Source: Podarcis vaucheri
Lineage: Eukaryota
Assembly (NCBI GenBank): GCA_965113315.1
Contig: OZ220367.1
DNA: 64,000 nucleotides
Reading direction: 5' to 3' (one strand)
Part shown: positions 49,534 through 63,253 of the stretch, piece by piece
How the letters are laid out: each line of letters begins with the position of its first letter
Numbering within the stretch: position 1 is the stretch's first letter
Translations under genes and position numbers: made by a program
Notes under the pieces: model-generated
Database searches by the model: none
What the model was told of the DNA's origin: nothing
The model's input: only the letters and a program-made list of their open reading frames with translations

Positions 49534-49747
49534 ATTGTCTAAATTAAGAGATTCCAAATGTTGTAGCCTTTCTTCACAGGGGAGTTCCTTCAGCAACCTA
49601 ATCATGTTGTTTGGCTTTTCCTCAGCTTTTAGAGCTCTGCAATACACTTTTTTGAGGTGCAGTGACTTGAACTGTACAGTTTTCTTTCTTTCTTTTGGAT
49701 AAAGTTTTATTAACGCTTTTCACAATACAGTCTACACAAAGAATAGT

Positions 49748-50002
49748 GAGAGCCAGTGTGGTGTAGTGGTTAAGAGCGGTAGTCTCGTAATCTGGGGAAC
49801 CAGGTTCGCGTCTCCGCTCCTCCATATGCAGCTGCTGGGTGACCTTGGGCCAGTCACACTTCTCTGAAGTCTCTCAGCCCCACTCACCTCACAGAGTGTT
49901 TGTTGTGGGGGAGGAAGGGAAAGGAGAATGTTAGCCGCTTTGAGACTCCTGAAGGGGATGAAAGGCGGGATATCAAATCCAAACTCTTCTTCTTCTTCTT
50001 CT
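49748..50002 (+). mobile_element. Squam2-type tRNA/CORE SINE
   Basis: GAGAGCCAGTGTGGTGTAGTGGTTAAGAGC head, GGGTGACCTTGGGCCAGTCAC core, L2-like AGCCGCTTTGAG tail and (CTT)n. Confidence 0.8.
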
Positions 50003-52521
50003 AGTAAAAAGAAAGGAAAGGAAAAAGAGAGAAGAGAGAATAATTCAGAATCCTCTCTCGCAAGTCTTAACTTTTGTCCCATACATAGAAAGGTTTGTCC
50101 TCCCAGTTTTCACCTGAAAGCACCCCAGGCTTCTCCCAGCCTCTCACACGGCGAGATCTCCACTTCCCGGTCTCTCACACAGGGTCCAGAAGGAGAACTG
50201 TACACAGTTTTCGAAGAGAAGTTGAATCTTGACAATTTCTTTTGGACGCTTTCTTAATGATCCCTAACATGGAATGCACCTTCGTTACTGATACTGCAAT
50301 GAAAACTTAAGTGTTGCTACAATTTGTAGCTAAAAGATGAAAGCAAACAGCTCTTTAACATTGATTTTTGTGTGTGGGACGTGAGGGAAGTTGATTCTTT
50401 GTTTGACTACTCTCACAAGTTCAAAGGACTTTATTTCCTAGACTGTTCTTGCTATTTGAGTTAGTATTGGGTTAGGAAACTTGAAAACAAAGCTCTGTGA
50501 ATTCAGAGCAGCTCATCTGGCACCACTTAGGTTTGGGCAGTTCCCTTTTTCTGTGTTGTTTATACTTTGCAGAAAATGAACAGCTCTGCAAAAGTGCTAA
50601 ATTTGGGAAATGCTGTGTGACCAAAGAAAATGAAAGTCTGTGGGTCCTTTGTAGAAAGATTTTTGAGAAGCAGATCTTAAGAGATTCATTTAAAGCATGT
50701 TGCCTTATGAAGTTAACAGTTCATCTAATGATTTAAATCAATGGCTTCTTTGAAAGTAGCTAATTAAAGTTCTGAATAATTTATTGTCTAAGGCTGCAAG
50801 CTTTCACATGGGAGTAGACCTTTCTTTAAGTTGTAGGCATGGAGAGACTTGGACTGTCAGTTTGTAGCAGTTTAAAGTTTTGGTTTGTTTATTTGAATAT
50901 CGAATGGCAAATACTTTGAAACCATAGGAACAATTTGGTTGCAATATCTAAGTATTTTTAAGAGTTACCACAGTACTTCGTGTAAAGAGGAACTGCTAAA
51001 CAATTCTCTGTGCTTTTGAACAAAGGTAGGATGTTGATTTCCACCTGGGCTCAGTGTTTGAAAGAGCCAGCTTGTAAAAGTTCATAATTACCTTACATTC
51101 TAAAGTCTCATGCAGCAAATACAACAGAATCATAGTACCTTAAAGACTAGCAATTTTATCCCTCAAGCTTCTGTGTGCAAGAACTTGCTTCACTTGATGC
51201 ATGAATAAAGTCTTCTGCAGCTTGATCCCAAATGCCTTTCCTTGTGTTGTCACCATTGCCCTTCTTTGAGTTCCCAGTTCCACACCATGTCTGATCATGG
51301 TGAGAAGCTAGGCTTTTGATAAGTTTTTTAAAGGCCCTGAGGACTTTAGTTCTTCTTCTGTATTGTCTCTCAGGAGGTGGTGCAAAACACATCTTTTCTG
51401 TTTGGTCTTTAGTTCTGGCTATTTTTTCTTTTTATTGGTGCTATTCCTTCTGGGCTCCCCCCCCCTTAGATTTGTTCAGTTTGATTCATTGTATATTGCC
51501 TTAAGTGCTAGAAAGGCAGCTAACAAATGCTGATGACAAAGATTTGGACAGTTGAGTGAAGAATATAAATAGAACCAACCAACATCTGTCTCATTCTTGA
51601 GTTATCTTCCACTAGCTCTTTAAATTGAGTTGGTAACTGATCATTCCTCCTGTGGGCAATTTGTGGGCTCTTACTCTAGTTATCTTATGCAGGCTTTTAT
51701 TTTCTATCCAGAATTTGATAATGCTCAAACTGAATTCCTTTAAGCACTTCTTTAGCCTACTTTAAACATACATTTCAAAATAACTTTGAGTATTTAATCT
51801 GGTAATTACTAGTTGGCATTGTATGTCTGCCAGTGGTTATACCTCTTTAATCTTCATAAGTGTGGTCCTTGCAAGCCTAGTCCTATGTACAAAGAAAATA
51901 ACAAGGATTGAGCAACTCTGTTAACACCCTCATTTTCCTTTCAGTAAACAGACTCATTACGTAATTGTGGATTGTAAAGAATTGTGATAAAAGTGCATCT
52001 TTGCCTTCACACATACGGACACAGGGCTATCTTGCTTTCTTCATTTCACTATAGTATCTGGTTTATATGAAGAAGGTAGGAGGAAAGCTTGTATTCTTTC
52101 CCCCCTTTCTCAGACAATAGTTTCACATTCCTAGAATATTTGTTTGTATGCCAGTTTTAATTAGCTCTTAAAGCCCTAATTGAGCTTCACATAGAATCGT
52201 AGAATTGTAAGGTTGAAAGGGACACTGAGGGTCATGTAGTCCACTGCGCTGCAATGCACTGAATTCAGAAAGAGGTCATTTGAAGTCAATGCTACAATTG
52301 TGTGTGAAATAATGGTGTTTGTTAATTAAGAAGTCCTTGACTTCTTTTTGTGGAGAATGTCTTCAGTGATACATTGCCTTTCATTTTTTATATATATAAA
52401 AAATTCATGTGTGGCCTTGAGATTAATTATCTGAATCTGTTAAAGTTTTCTAATAAATGTGGTTTTTATTTTGAAAGAAAAAATATTTTGTGAGGGTTTT
52501 TGGCATGTTTATTGATGGAAT

Positions 52522-52889
52522 CGGGACGCGGGTGGCGCTGTGGGTAAAACCTCAGGGCCTAGGACTTGCTGATTGTATGGTCGGCAGTTCGAATCCCCAC
52601 GGCAGGGTGAGCTCCCATCGTTCGGTCCCAGCTCCTGCCCACCTACCAGTTCGAAAGCACTCTTAAGTGCAAGTAGATAAACAGGTACCGCTTTATAGTG
52701 GGAAGGTAAACAGCGTTTCCGTGTGCTGCGCTGGTGCTGGCTCGCCAGCTGCAGCTTCGTCACGCTCACCACGTGACCCGGAAGTGTCTTCGGACGGCGC
52801 CGGCTCACGACCTCTAGAGCGAGATGAGCATGCAACCCTAGAGTCGGACACGACTGGCCTGTACGGGCAGGGGTACCTTTACCTTTACC
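52522..52889 (+). mobile_element. Sauria SINE, different subfamily
   Basis: 12-bp TSD TATTGATGGAAT (52510-52521, 52890-52901); ACCTTT tail. Confidence 0.93.
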
Positions 52890-55800
52890 TATTGATGGAA
52901 TGCCAGTTTCAGATGTTGAGTGGCATTCTCTATAAAACTAACCAATTTTTATGATGATGTATGTTGAACTTGTCTCTATGCATGAGAAGATGTGCGTCCA
53001 GAGAATATTATATTCCATTTTATAATAGAAATGGTGGCCCTCAATTATCACGGTTCCAGCCTTGACCTCAAGATATAGCTGAGTTGATGCTGCTGCAGCT
53101 GTGGTTGGGGGATGACCTGGCTTCCTGATTCTAAGCCCTAGGACTGGTGTTTAGGAGCCAGTAGAACCTAAGCCCAGACTTTTATGGATGCCCTTCCCTG
53201 AGTCCAAGTCACTTGATGGGTCAAATACCTCCTTCACACCCTACCCAACAGCATGGTAAGCCTTCTAATGGAAAAGTGCTTTATTTAAGGCCAAGAGCAT
53301 GGCACTCATAAGAGTTAGCATTTTTTATACAAGAGGGTGGAGCTTAAGTGGAGTTGATAGGATAGAAGGATTCACAGGGTCCTGGCTACCTCTAGCCTTT
53401 CTCAGAGCAAGTTGTTCACTTGGAGCTTTCCATGGTACTGCAACTGTCAGGCTGTCTTTCTTTGCAAGCGTCTGCATCAGATGGTTCAGATCATCTACAG
53501 TGTGAATGGCTGAGAGGTTTCACTGTAAATAGTTTCTCTTGTTTAGTCTTTTTGGCTTTTTTATAACTGAGATTCAGCAAGGGCTCTTTAATCTTAGCAT
53601 TAAACATGACATTTCCAAATATCAGAAGGTCATCTCCGTTCCTTTCCTTCTCCCTTCCAACGGGCAAAGGAATAACATGGAAGCAGTCAATGGACATTTT
53701 GAAATGCTTGCTGCTATACAGCTTGATCATGTTGACATATTATCCAGTATTTTATAGGATTAAAACAGGTACACATGCTGGTTGTCTTAAAAGGCTCAAG
53801 CAAGCAGCATTTATTAAGTAATTTTGAAAAGTTAAACACAGAAAAATAGTACCTGGAAATTATACCTGTTTTTTTAAAAAAATTCAAACCAGTATCCTAT
53901 AATTTTTTAGTCTATCATTTAGTCTTTAGCTCCAAAAAAAGTCACAGTGCTTGCCTCTCCCTCCTTTTTCCCCTTCCCTCCCTCCCTCTCAAATGTCCAA
54001 AACTTGGATCTTAGGTGTCTCTGAGTACTTATCTATCTCTACTGTCTTTGTTACATTATAAAAACAACTCATCTACTTTGACGGGTTAATATAAATAACA
54101 GTAAATATACACAGATAGCTGCTAGCAGTTCCAGAATTTCAAAACTTGGGCTATACTACAAGGTTATTGTTGGATCTAGTACTTAAGCAATAATATAGTG
54201 TACCAGCCAAATGTATTTGTCAGATGATGAGCTCCAGAAGTAGATACATTTCATAGATAGAGGTACATAGTTTAAATATACAAACATTTGGATAGTGTGT
54301 AACTCTTGCTCAGCTCCGCCCTCAACAATAAATGGGGTGGGAGCGGCCATAGATGATGTCTTTTTTTAAAAAAAGTCTTTTCAATTATCAGGTACTGGCC
54401 TGATTTTACAGAAGTGAGTATAATTAACCTTTGATTTCCATAGACAGGCACACAGGTGAGTGGTGGCAGTCCCCAGGGTTTAAGACAGGGGTCTTTCCCA
54501 GCCTTGTCTGGAGATCCAGGGACTGAACCTGGGATGTTTTGCATGCAAATATGTGCTCTACCACTGTTCTGTGCTCTTTTTCTAGATTCATGCCAGTTCC
54601 TACTATGGGTGTGGAAACTTGCTGTATCTTGTAGGGTGTTGCTTCTGTAAAAAGTCTTGTTCTGTACTGACTCTTGAACTGTTTCCTATGTTGTCAGGGT
54701 CTGGGGGAATCAACAACGGCTGTACAATTTTCTTTTTCTTACCAAGTTACTGGGATACAGGAGTAATTAAGGGGTTGTTACCTTTGCTGTTGGTCACGAT
54801 CTTGTCAAGTGTTAAATATAGGTTGTTCATACCAGAATGCTTGTTTACTTCATAATTTTCGTTTTTGAAAAACATTTTAACTCATAGGGATAGTGTATTC
54901 AGTCATGGGGGAAATTCTTGTTTCTCTAGGAAGACCCACCAAATTGTTGAAAAAAACTACTGGGATCTTGAAGAAGCCTGAGCTATTCCTAGAGTGGCCT
55001 TATAGTACATCTGTTTCTTCATCAGTCCTCCAAGAAAGTTGGAGTGCTGCCCATTCCACCAGGAGTTCTTCACCATTGTTTGCTGAAACTGAGTTGGAAA
55101 CTTATTCCCAAATGAAAATGGGTCTTTTTGCTACTCAAGCTGGCAAAATAGTTTGCAGATTTGGGATGCTGGTCTATGGGGAACTAGTGGAGTCAAACAT
55201 CTGATGAAAATTGAGGAAATGACCAATGGACATTACATTAAATACACCAAGGACTGCAATCCTGTGCATAGTTAGTTGCAAATAGGTTCGATTGAATGGA
55301 CTGGGCCTTATTTTTAAGTAATTCTACATTTAATGTTGGAATGTCTGTGCATTATATTCTTGGTATAGCATCAGAGGCCTTCCTTGCAGAAAGTTTGGCT
55401 GAGAGGACGTGGTTGCATTACTGAATAAACAAAGTTATGTTCTCAGGTAGGGATGTAATAGAGAATTTTATATTTGATAAGACAGCTTGCTTACATCAAG
55501 CTTCAGCTTAAGTGGGTGTATTGTGTGTGCATGCATGTGTGCACCATAGGCAATAAAAGACATGGTATCTCCAACTTTTCTTGCTCTAGAGTTCCTTCTG
55601 TTTGTCTGGAGAGTAATAGACTGACCTTTTGTTTCTCTGTTATGGTTTGAGGCTTCTGGCATATCTGAAGCTTTCCAAGATAAACTAAGCGACTGTGGCT
55701 TGGCATTGGAAAAGCTTATGTTGAATGAAACTAAAGTTTCGGCAGCAATTACTGACTGAATTAAAATGTTATCAACTGAGTTATGGATGTGGTTGTGGGA

Positions 55801-56259
55801 TAAACCCTGGCCTATTGTATATGAATAGTTCAAATGTTAATGTTGGTTTTGCTAGAGCAAAATCAATCCCACTGAAATAAATGGCTGTTATCCAGAATTT
55901 GCTCCTCCAGAAGATTACACAAACTTAAGAGTTATTCATTGTGTTAAAAAGTACTGAAATAGGTTAAAATAGGTGACCAATCCTTTCACATCACACAATA
56001 TGGATACATTTTCCAAGGGAAAATGCATATAAAATATTTCAGAAAAGGAGCTTACACTAGTTTCTCCACTCTTCTCTTGTGATGTTCAGATTCCCTGGAG
56101 TCCCTGCTGGAATATGCACATGCCTATCTGAAGAATGGAATATATTATAATAGTATGTACTACATGCTGGTCTTGCATATTGTCATTGCTTGTCAATATA
56201 TTATATGGTAACTAGATATGTGGCTGAGAGATGTAGCTGGAATTTGCAATATTGCATTA

Positions 56260-56482
56260 CAGTGGTACCTCGCGTTAAGTACTTAGTTTGTTCTGGAGGT
56301 TCGTTCTTAACCTGAAACTGTTCTTAACCTGAAGCACCACTTTAGCTAATGGGGCCTCCTGCTGCCGTGCTGCCGGAGCATGATTTCTGTTCTCATCCTG
56401 AAGCAAAGTTCTTAACCAGAGGTACTATTTCTGGGTTAGCGGAGTCTGTAACCTGAAGCATATGTAACCCGAGGTACCACTG
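56260..56482. mobile_element. Tigger-like MITE
   Basis: TA|CAGTGGTACCTCG ... CGAGGTACCACTG|TA. Confidence 0.9.
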
Positions 56483-59400
56483 TATTAATGAATGCTCTTT
56501 GCTCCTCTCCTAGGTTTTCAGAACTCTAAATCTTAGGGGATTAATTGCTCCATGTGGAGAAACTCTCTTGCAGAATTATAACACTTGTTCTGGCTCTGCA
56601 GGTAGAATTCTAGTAGGTCTTGTATTCTTTCCCAAATATTAGAGGTTCGATCCAGACTTACTAATGCTTAGGGTAGACCCATTGAAGGCAATTGGACTAA
56701 CTTATGTTGATTTTACTGGTTCTGTTCTAAAGTTGAGTAAGCCTGGGTCCAACCCTAGCAGTCTTTGAGGCAATGTGCAAAGTTCTCTTTGATGACACAG
56801 AACACTGGCCCTGGCTGCATCAATAACTCAACACAGCATCTCCCGGTTGAGCTATACTGGAAATGCCCTAGAAAAGAAGGCAAGTTAAAAACAAACCACC
56901 ATTACAAATTTCTTTAGCAGCACAGGCAACCATTTGGTTTCTGAGATTTCTTTTTGTTTTTTCTCATTTGCTGGAATAGCCCATTAGCTGATACTATAAC
57001 ATCTAGTACAGTGCAGCTACAGCCACTAAAGCTTCCAATTAATACATTTATTTGAAATGAGTACTCCCTGACTTTCAAGGACATAGCAGGAGCTCCTGCC
57101 TAGTTTTTAATGGATGAAGTTTTATCCAGAGGGTAGCCTAAGTGCTTATTACTGTGCATCGACAGAGAACCATATAATCAGAAAATGAAAATTACCAAGG
57201 AATGTCTGCTGCACCAATGGTTTGGAATGGCTATTCTCTAGCACAAAAGCCTGAGCAGGATTGGCGTTTCCCTCTGCATGCTCTTATTTTCTTATAAAAT
57301 CTGTAATAGGTACCACATGTCTATGGAGAGGATTGAAGCAGAACACAATAGCTCTGCCGCTCAAGAAATAACCAGCTTCTAAGGAAAGCTAAGATATAGT
57401 CTTTGCAGTTACATGGCATGGTGAATTTTGTCCAAGTATAATATAGTAATGTTCTCTCTTCAAAATTTCTGAAGAGCTCTCTTATAACATCAGTCAGGAA
57501 AGTAATAAAATACGACAGGTTTTGGGGAAAAAACATTGTTGTACAGTAGAATTGGGGGGGGGGATGTTAGCAGGCACAGAATCCTTATCTATTACTTTTC
57601 TTTTGACTTCCCTCTTTCTGTCTCTTTCTCATTTTATTACATCCTATTCTATTTTTAATGTTTGGAATGGATTTACAGGCCTTGGTTTGGGAACAGCACT
57701 GGTTAGTGCCATCCCTAGAATGCCTGATAAAAGTTGTACCAAATGATAAAACTTCTAAAAACAGTTCAAATATAGATGCAGACTTAGATCAGATGCAGAT
57801 TCTGATTAAGATGTCACAACAATTTAAGATGCTGGCAAAGCAGAAAATTGGCAAATGAGAGACAAGGAGAAAGCATATAAGTTTGAGGCATGCTCTTGGT
57901 CCTCCAAACCAGGTGATGTCTGAAATGAACCTATCTTACTGAAGGCACAGGAGAAGACGGCTGTCTGAAAGCTGAACAAGAAAAAAATAATGAGAGCCAG
58001 TGCAGCATAGCAGTTGATGTTGGACTAGGAGCAAGCTTAAGATCACTGCTCAGCTGCAGAACTCACTGTGGGACTTTGGCTTAGACATTCTATTTCACCC
58101 TAGTCTATTTCACAGAGTGGTTGAGGATATAAAATGGTTGGGAAAGAACAAAGCTCATTCAAGGAAAAGTGGGATATAACTAAACATCTAGAGGTCTATC
58201 TTAAGAAAAGCCTTAGAGATGACTTGATCTTAAACTAAGGAACAAACTTCAATCCCATCAAGCAGAAAAGGTTAAAGACAGTTTATTGAAAGCCTGAAGT
58301 GCAAAAAGATGGCAAATCCAGACACTGAGAGAGCTCCTATGCTTTCAAAAGTTGCACAGAATTTGATTTGATCTTGCACATCTAAGCACAGGAGGAGATG
58401 TGCAAGTTCCCCTGGAGAACTGCCCCCAGCTGGATATGAAGTGATTTAATTTTGCTGGTGATGAATCTTTATAGCAACTGAAACAGATCTTAAAGGCATT
58501 GGAACATGAATTCTCAGCAGCTTATCATATATTCTGTGGAGTGCAGTACAGTGTTGGGCATGCACAGTATTGCTAGACCTAGAACCATGGTTTGAAATTG
58601 GCTTAGTATCCTGGCTTGTTATGAAGCTCTTCCTGATTTGAACAAAGTGGGAGACTACAGTTAGAGACCTCCTGGCTTAATTGTGGCTTATGTGAATGGA
58701 AGAACAAAAAGATTGCATGCAGGGGTGTGGCTAGGAAGGTAAAAAAAACTTGGGGCATGAGTCAATGGCACAAACTTGCATGTGTTAATTTATATGTAAA
58801 GATGAAAAATTAGGCTAACTTTAAGAGGGGGAAAAACATTTGGCTGATGCTACCAGGGTGTGCTCTGAATATGGGATGCCTACAGGATTTTCTGGGCTGA
58901 GTACATATGGACCTTCTGCCACACCCATAAAAGATTTGGAAAAACTGCTGCTCATGTGCATATTGAAACCAAAATGAGTCTTACGCGACATCTGGCAAGA
59001 CTCCTCAATTTGCCCAACATGTGTGCGTGCGCGTGCACACATGCAGTGGACTACTATGAAATATGGTAAACTTTGGCATTCCATTGTAATTAGTAAATTC
59101 ATATCAATAAGTACATGTCCCCCCCCTGATGTCTGCTATTTATTTGCTTTGAGGGTGGTAGAGACCTTAGGAATGCAGAAAGGCACCGCAGAACTCAATG
59201 AATAGAAAATGTGAAAATGGCTTCTGTTGGAGGAAGTCATGGTGCTTCTAAAGTTTAATTTGAGTCTGTTGAAGTCAATCAGTGTCTTTGTACTGGCTTG
59301 AGCTGGCACTGGATCACATCCTCTCCTTTTAAAGACTCTGCTTGTATTCAGTACATCTGTGAGAAAAATAAATATTTACAGTGTATTTCCCTTCAGCCTT

Positions 59401-60277
59401 TATTAGAACATAGGGATAGGATGGAAGGAAGCATTATGGGCATCTTAACTTCATATGTAGACCGCTTCTTAAACAGAAGCTGGGAGAGAAAATGGAGCAG
59501 CCAAGCTCTGTTGTGCCTCCTTTTTAATTACATGCTAAAAGAATGAAAGGGAAAAGGCAGACTTCCTTTCGCCACTGTAGATTTGCATTTAGAAATGTGC
59601 GCACACTGATCCCTTTCACTCTTTATTTACGTGAAGGGGTAACAAGTGAAGAAAGGAGCTTAAAGACGGCAGCTGTAGCCCCATCCCTGTCATCCACCCT
59701 TGAGGTGTGGAGGTGTTTGTGCAGGGTTGTACAACAAGGATGGGGAGCCACTGGCCCTCCAAATGTTGTTGGACTCCAACTCCCATCAGCCCTAGTCAGC
59801 ATGGTAAGTGATCAGGGATGATGGGCATTGTAGTCTAGTGACATCTTTCTAAAACTGGAGGGAGGCACTACTTGTAGAGATCTATGGGCGAATACTCTCC
59901 CACCTCAGACCTCCACACAAATTTGTGGCTAGACTGGGAGGAGGTTTGTGTTGGGGTGGAACTAGACTTTATAACATTTATAACACTTTTGAAAGGGGTG
60001 CTCAAAAAACAATTTCCCCCAACAGTTTGTAAGTAGCCTTGCTACACCAGTGCTGACTATGGAGATTGGAGAATTCCAACAAAAACTGAAATGGAAACAG
60101 AAATGGCCATGTTTGTTTGTTTGTTCCATGTCCAGAACAGAAATCAATCCAGTGAATATGATTGGTATTTGCTGCTGCTGTTGTTTGCAGTCTGTAAATG
60201 ATTCGCAATTGATTCCATTTCTATCCACCTCCCAATTTGCATTGTGTTTCCTTTGCGTTGAAATGAATGGGGTGGAA

Positions 60278-60340
60278 TAACGTAATGTAATGACAGCGTA
60301 ACTTATGTAGTTTACATAATTAGTTACGTAAATTATGTAA
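60278..60340. promoter_or_regulatory. Cluster of PAR-bZIP/NFIL3 D-box-like motifs
   Basis: TTACATAA (60312), TTACGTAA (60324) and TTATGTAA (60333), plus near matches at 60278, 60283 and 60303. Confidence 0.55.
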
Positions 60341-63063
60341 GTTAGTAATTTCGCCACAGCAGGCAGTAAGATGAATTATGCAGTTTTGGGTGGAACAAAA
60401 CAGTGCTGCATGCGATGAATACATGGTGGAAAGGAAAATGATGCCTTCTTATATCCCTAATGGAGACGCTATTAAAATCAGAAGATACACAAGAGTGCTT
60501 TTTCAGGAAGAAGTCTTAATAGTATAACATTTGTTTAGGCAAGTGCTTTTCTCAAAGACCCTGAATTTATTATTTTACTGAGATAAATATTTCTTTGCTG
60601 GATAGGTTCTATCTCAAACCATCTAATCAGTCTACTAGATATGTATGTTTTTCATTTACAAACAGTATTGTTCAACACTCTTTTATTTTTAAGTAGTTGA
60701 GAAATGGCCTTTTAAACTGAACAGTGAAACTTGGAGTTACTATGACTGGGTTCAAACTACCTTTCTGTACAATAGGTAAAGTAACTTTTTATTTTAAAGG
60801 GTTTCGTTTGTTTGTTTGTTTGTTTGTTTTGCATTCTAATCTATGAAAAAGCACATTACATCAGTTCCCACACTTCCTGGAAAATGCCCCACTCATGACC
60901 AAAACACAGAAAAAGGACAGGCAGCAAAGGGGAAGTCCCAGAGATGCCTAGAAGTAGAGAAAAGAACAGGATCTCCTCTGTTTAAAGATGTGGGAAGTTT
61001 TGATATTATGGCAGCATGCTACTTGGTTTTTGAGATCTTTGCCATTTTTTCTTGTGAGAGATCTTTAGGTAGTAAAATTTAAGAAGAAAGAGCACACATG
61101 GAAATTGTGTTCACTGATCTTTTAATCCAAAGTATAACTCAATTCAGAAGGTTTGCCATGATAATATCACAGAGCATACTCGGGGTTTTAGCAGTTGAAC
61201 TGTAAGGACTGCTACAGGGATGTTCTCTTATATGACCCCATTTGGATTGAGTGGGGAAGTGTGAAGTGCATAGAAGAGGTAACTTGAGCAGGAGAACTTC
61301 CTGGCATCTTCCACCCTTGATAATGAGGCCGTTGTTTGTGTGCAAGCTGTTCACACCGACCACTTTCTCACAATACATAATTTGTGGTCTTGTTCCTTGA
61401 AGATGGTTTATATCAAACAAAACTGCCATTCATAAAGGGCCAAGCAAATGTAGTAAAACATGATCATAGCTGGGAATTGCTGCAAACTATGGATTTATGT
61501 CAAGAATGTTAATGATTTGTTTATGAATAAGTGGGCCCATAGTATTGTGAAACATTCTCAGAATTGCTGAATGGACAGTTTAAACTGAACTGAGACAATT
61601 CCTGAGCTAAATAAGCTGTATTGGTTGTGTGTGTGAAAGAACTGGTTGCAGCTAAGTTTATGGTTTTAATAAACAGCACTTTCTTTTACTCAGTCTGTCC
61701 AAATTATAAGTTGCTGCTGCTCACATATAAACATGGGTTTTCTATCTTTTTGTTTCTCAGCCCATAAGGAATAATTATGAACATGTACCCTTGCATATTG
61801 TAGATGATTAAAGCTGCATTTTAAAATCTAGCTGTTAAGAATCCTAGCATTTTAGAAAGCCCAGTATGGATTTGGCTACTAAAGCAGTATCCCAGAACCA
61901 CAGTGAAGATATCAACTTTGAAGTTTATTAACTAATAAATTATCATAAACTTTTAAAAAGATTATGAACTGAAAATTTCATTAAAGCAACTTGGAAGTCT
62001 TCCAGGGCAGAAATATTTTCTTCTATATCCAGGAGCTATGGCTATGTGAGCCAGTAAGCAATGGGGCCAGCACATTCCAGGAAATTGGTTATTTCGGGAA
62101 TATATGTAGAAAACCCCTTATGTGGTTGGCATAATCATGAAACCCTGATGCAGTTGTAGCTCTATATGTAAAGTCCTTCTCAGCGAGGATTTTGCAGAGT
62201 TTTGCAGCTCACTTGCCAGTAAATGGTTACATCAGAGACGTGCTTTACTGATTGGAACAGCTATGTACAGATTGTTTTTTCCTATATGGCTGTCCTGTAA
62301 ATACTGTTTCCACACTTACTAAGCTGATGGTTCCTGGAGTATGTCGAGATTTGAATGGTTTTCAAATATGTATAACTTTGGCAAACCATCTAGACAACAT
62401 TTCCGTAGCCTAGATGAGGACAGGGGGTAAGGATATTAGATGCACAGGCAGTGCTCTGAAGTAAATTGGCTAACTATGAAATACTTTCTTCTTTCAGTGC
62501 CAAAGACGAGACATTCTGGAGCCAGTTTTAATACATCCACTATATTTGAGCAGGCCAGCATCCAGAGGCATCAGACTGTCCCTTCTAGTCTAGATTCTGC
62601 TCATAGTATTGAGAGCTTAATTTTAAAACATGCTGAAATGAATGGAAGCCTGTCCATTGATTTGGACCTTTGAACTGGACTCATTAATGGTACTTATGGA
62701 TAAAATAAAAATAATAATGTTTGAGGTTATTGCTGCAGTAATTTCTAGAGGCTGTTAGTGGGTCACTTACCAGAAACAACTTCTTATAAAAAACTTTCAT
62801 TTCAAAGTGTATAAGAGCTGCTCTGCTGCATCAGAGCAAAGGTCTATTCAGGCATGCCTGTTTTCTCCCAGCCTGAAAGATGCCCATGGGAAACCTGGAA
62901 GCAGATCACATTCTATATTTAGCATTCAGGCCTTTAAAATGGTTTCCATCAATTAAGTGAGGCTCACAGGTATACAGCTTCCCAGGCCCTGCAATCCTTT
63001 CTTAAATGTTCATGTCATGTTGGCCATTTCCATTGCTATAGGTATTGGGACTCATTTCCTGTA

Positions 63064-63253
63064 CAGTGGACCCTCTAGTTACGTACCGCTCTGGATATGT
63101 AACTTTTGGGTTATGAGCGCGGCAAACCCGGAAGTGTGTACTTCCGGGTTTCACTGCGCACACATGCGCAGAAGCGGCGCCTCTGCCTATGGACTTTTTG
63201 GGTTGCGGACGGATCCCCAGAACGAATTTAATTCGTATCTGGAGGGTCCACTG
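63064..63253. mobile_element. Tigger-like MITE
   Basis: TA|CAGTGGACCCTCTAG ... CTGGAGGGTCCACTG|TA; internal palindrome AAACCCGGAAGT..ACTTCCGGGTTT. Confidence 0.88.

Larger units (their letters stand above)
47480..50215 (-). mobile_element. Old CR1 LINE fragmented by nested insertions
   Basis: CR1-like antisense pieces at ~47480-47665, 48370-48614, 49137-49172, 49535-49680 (translation MIRLLKELPCEERLQHL) and ~50195-50215. Confidence 0.6.

Noticed and set aside
49748-49825. tRNA-like sequence (also in the Sauria and Squam3 heads)
   Set aside because: Continues directly into SINE body and tail, so it is a SINE head and not a tRNA gene.
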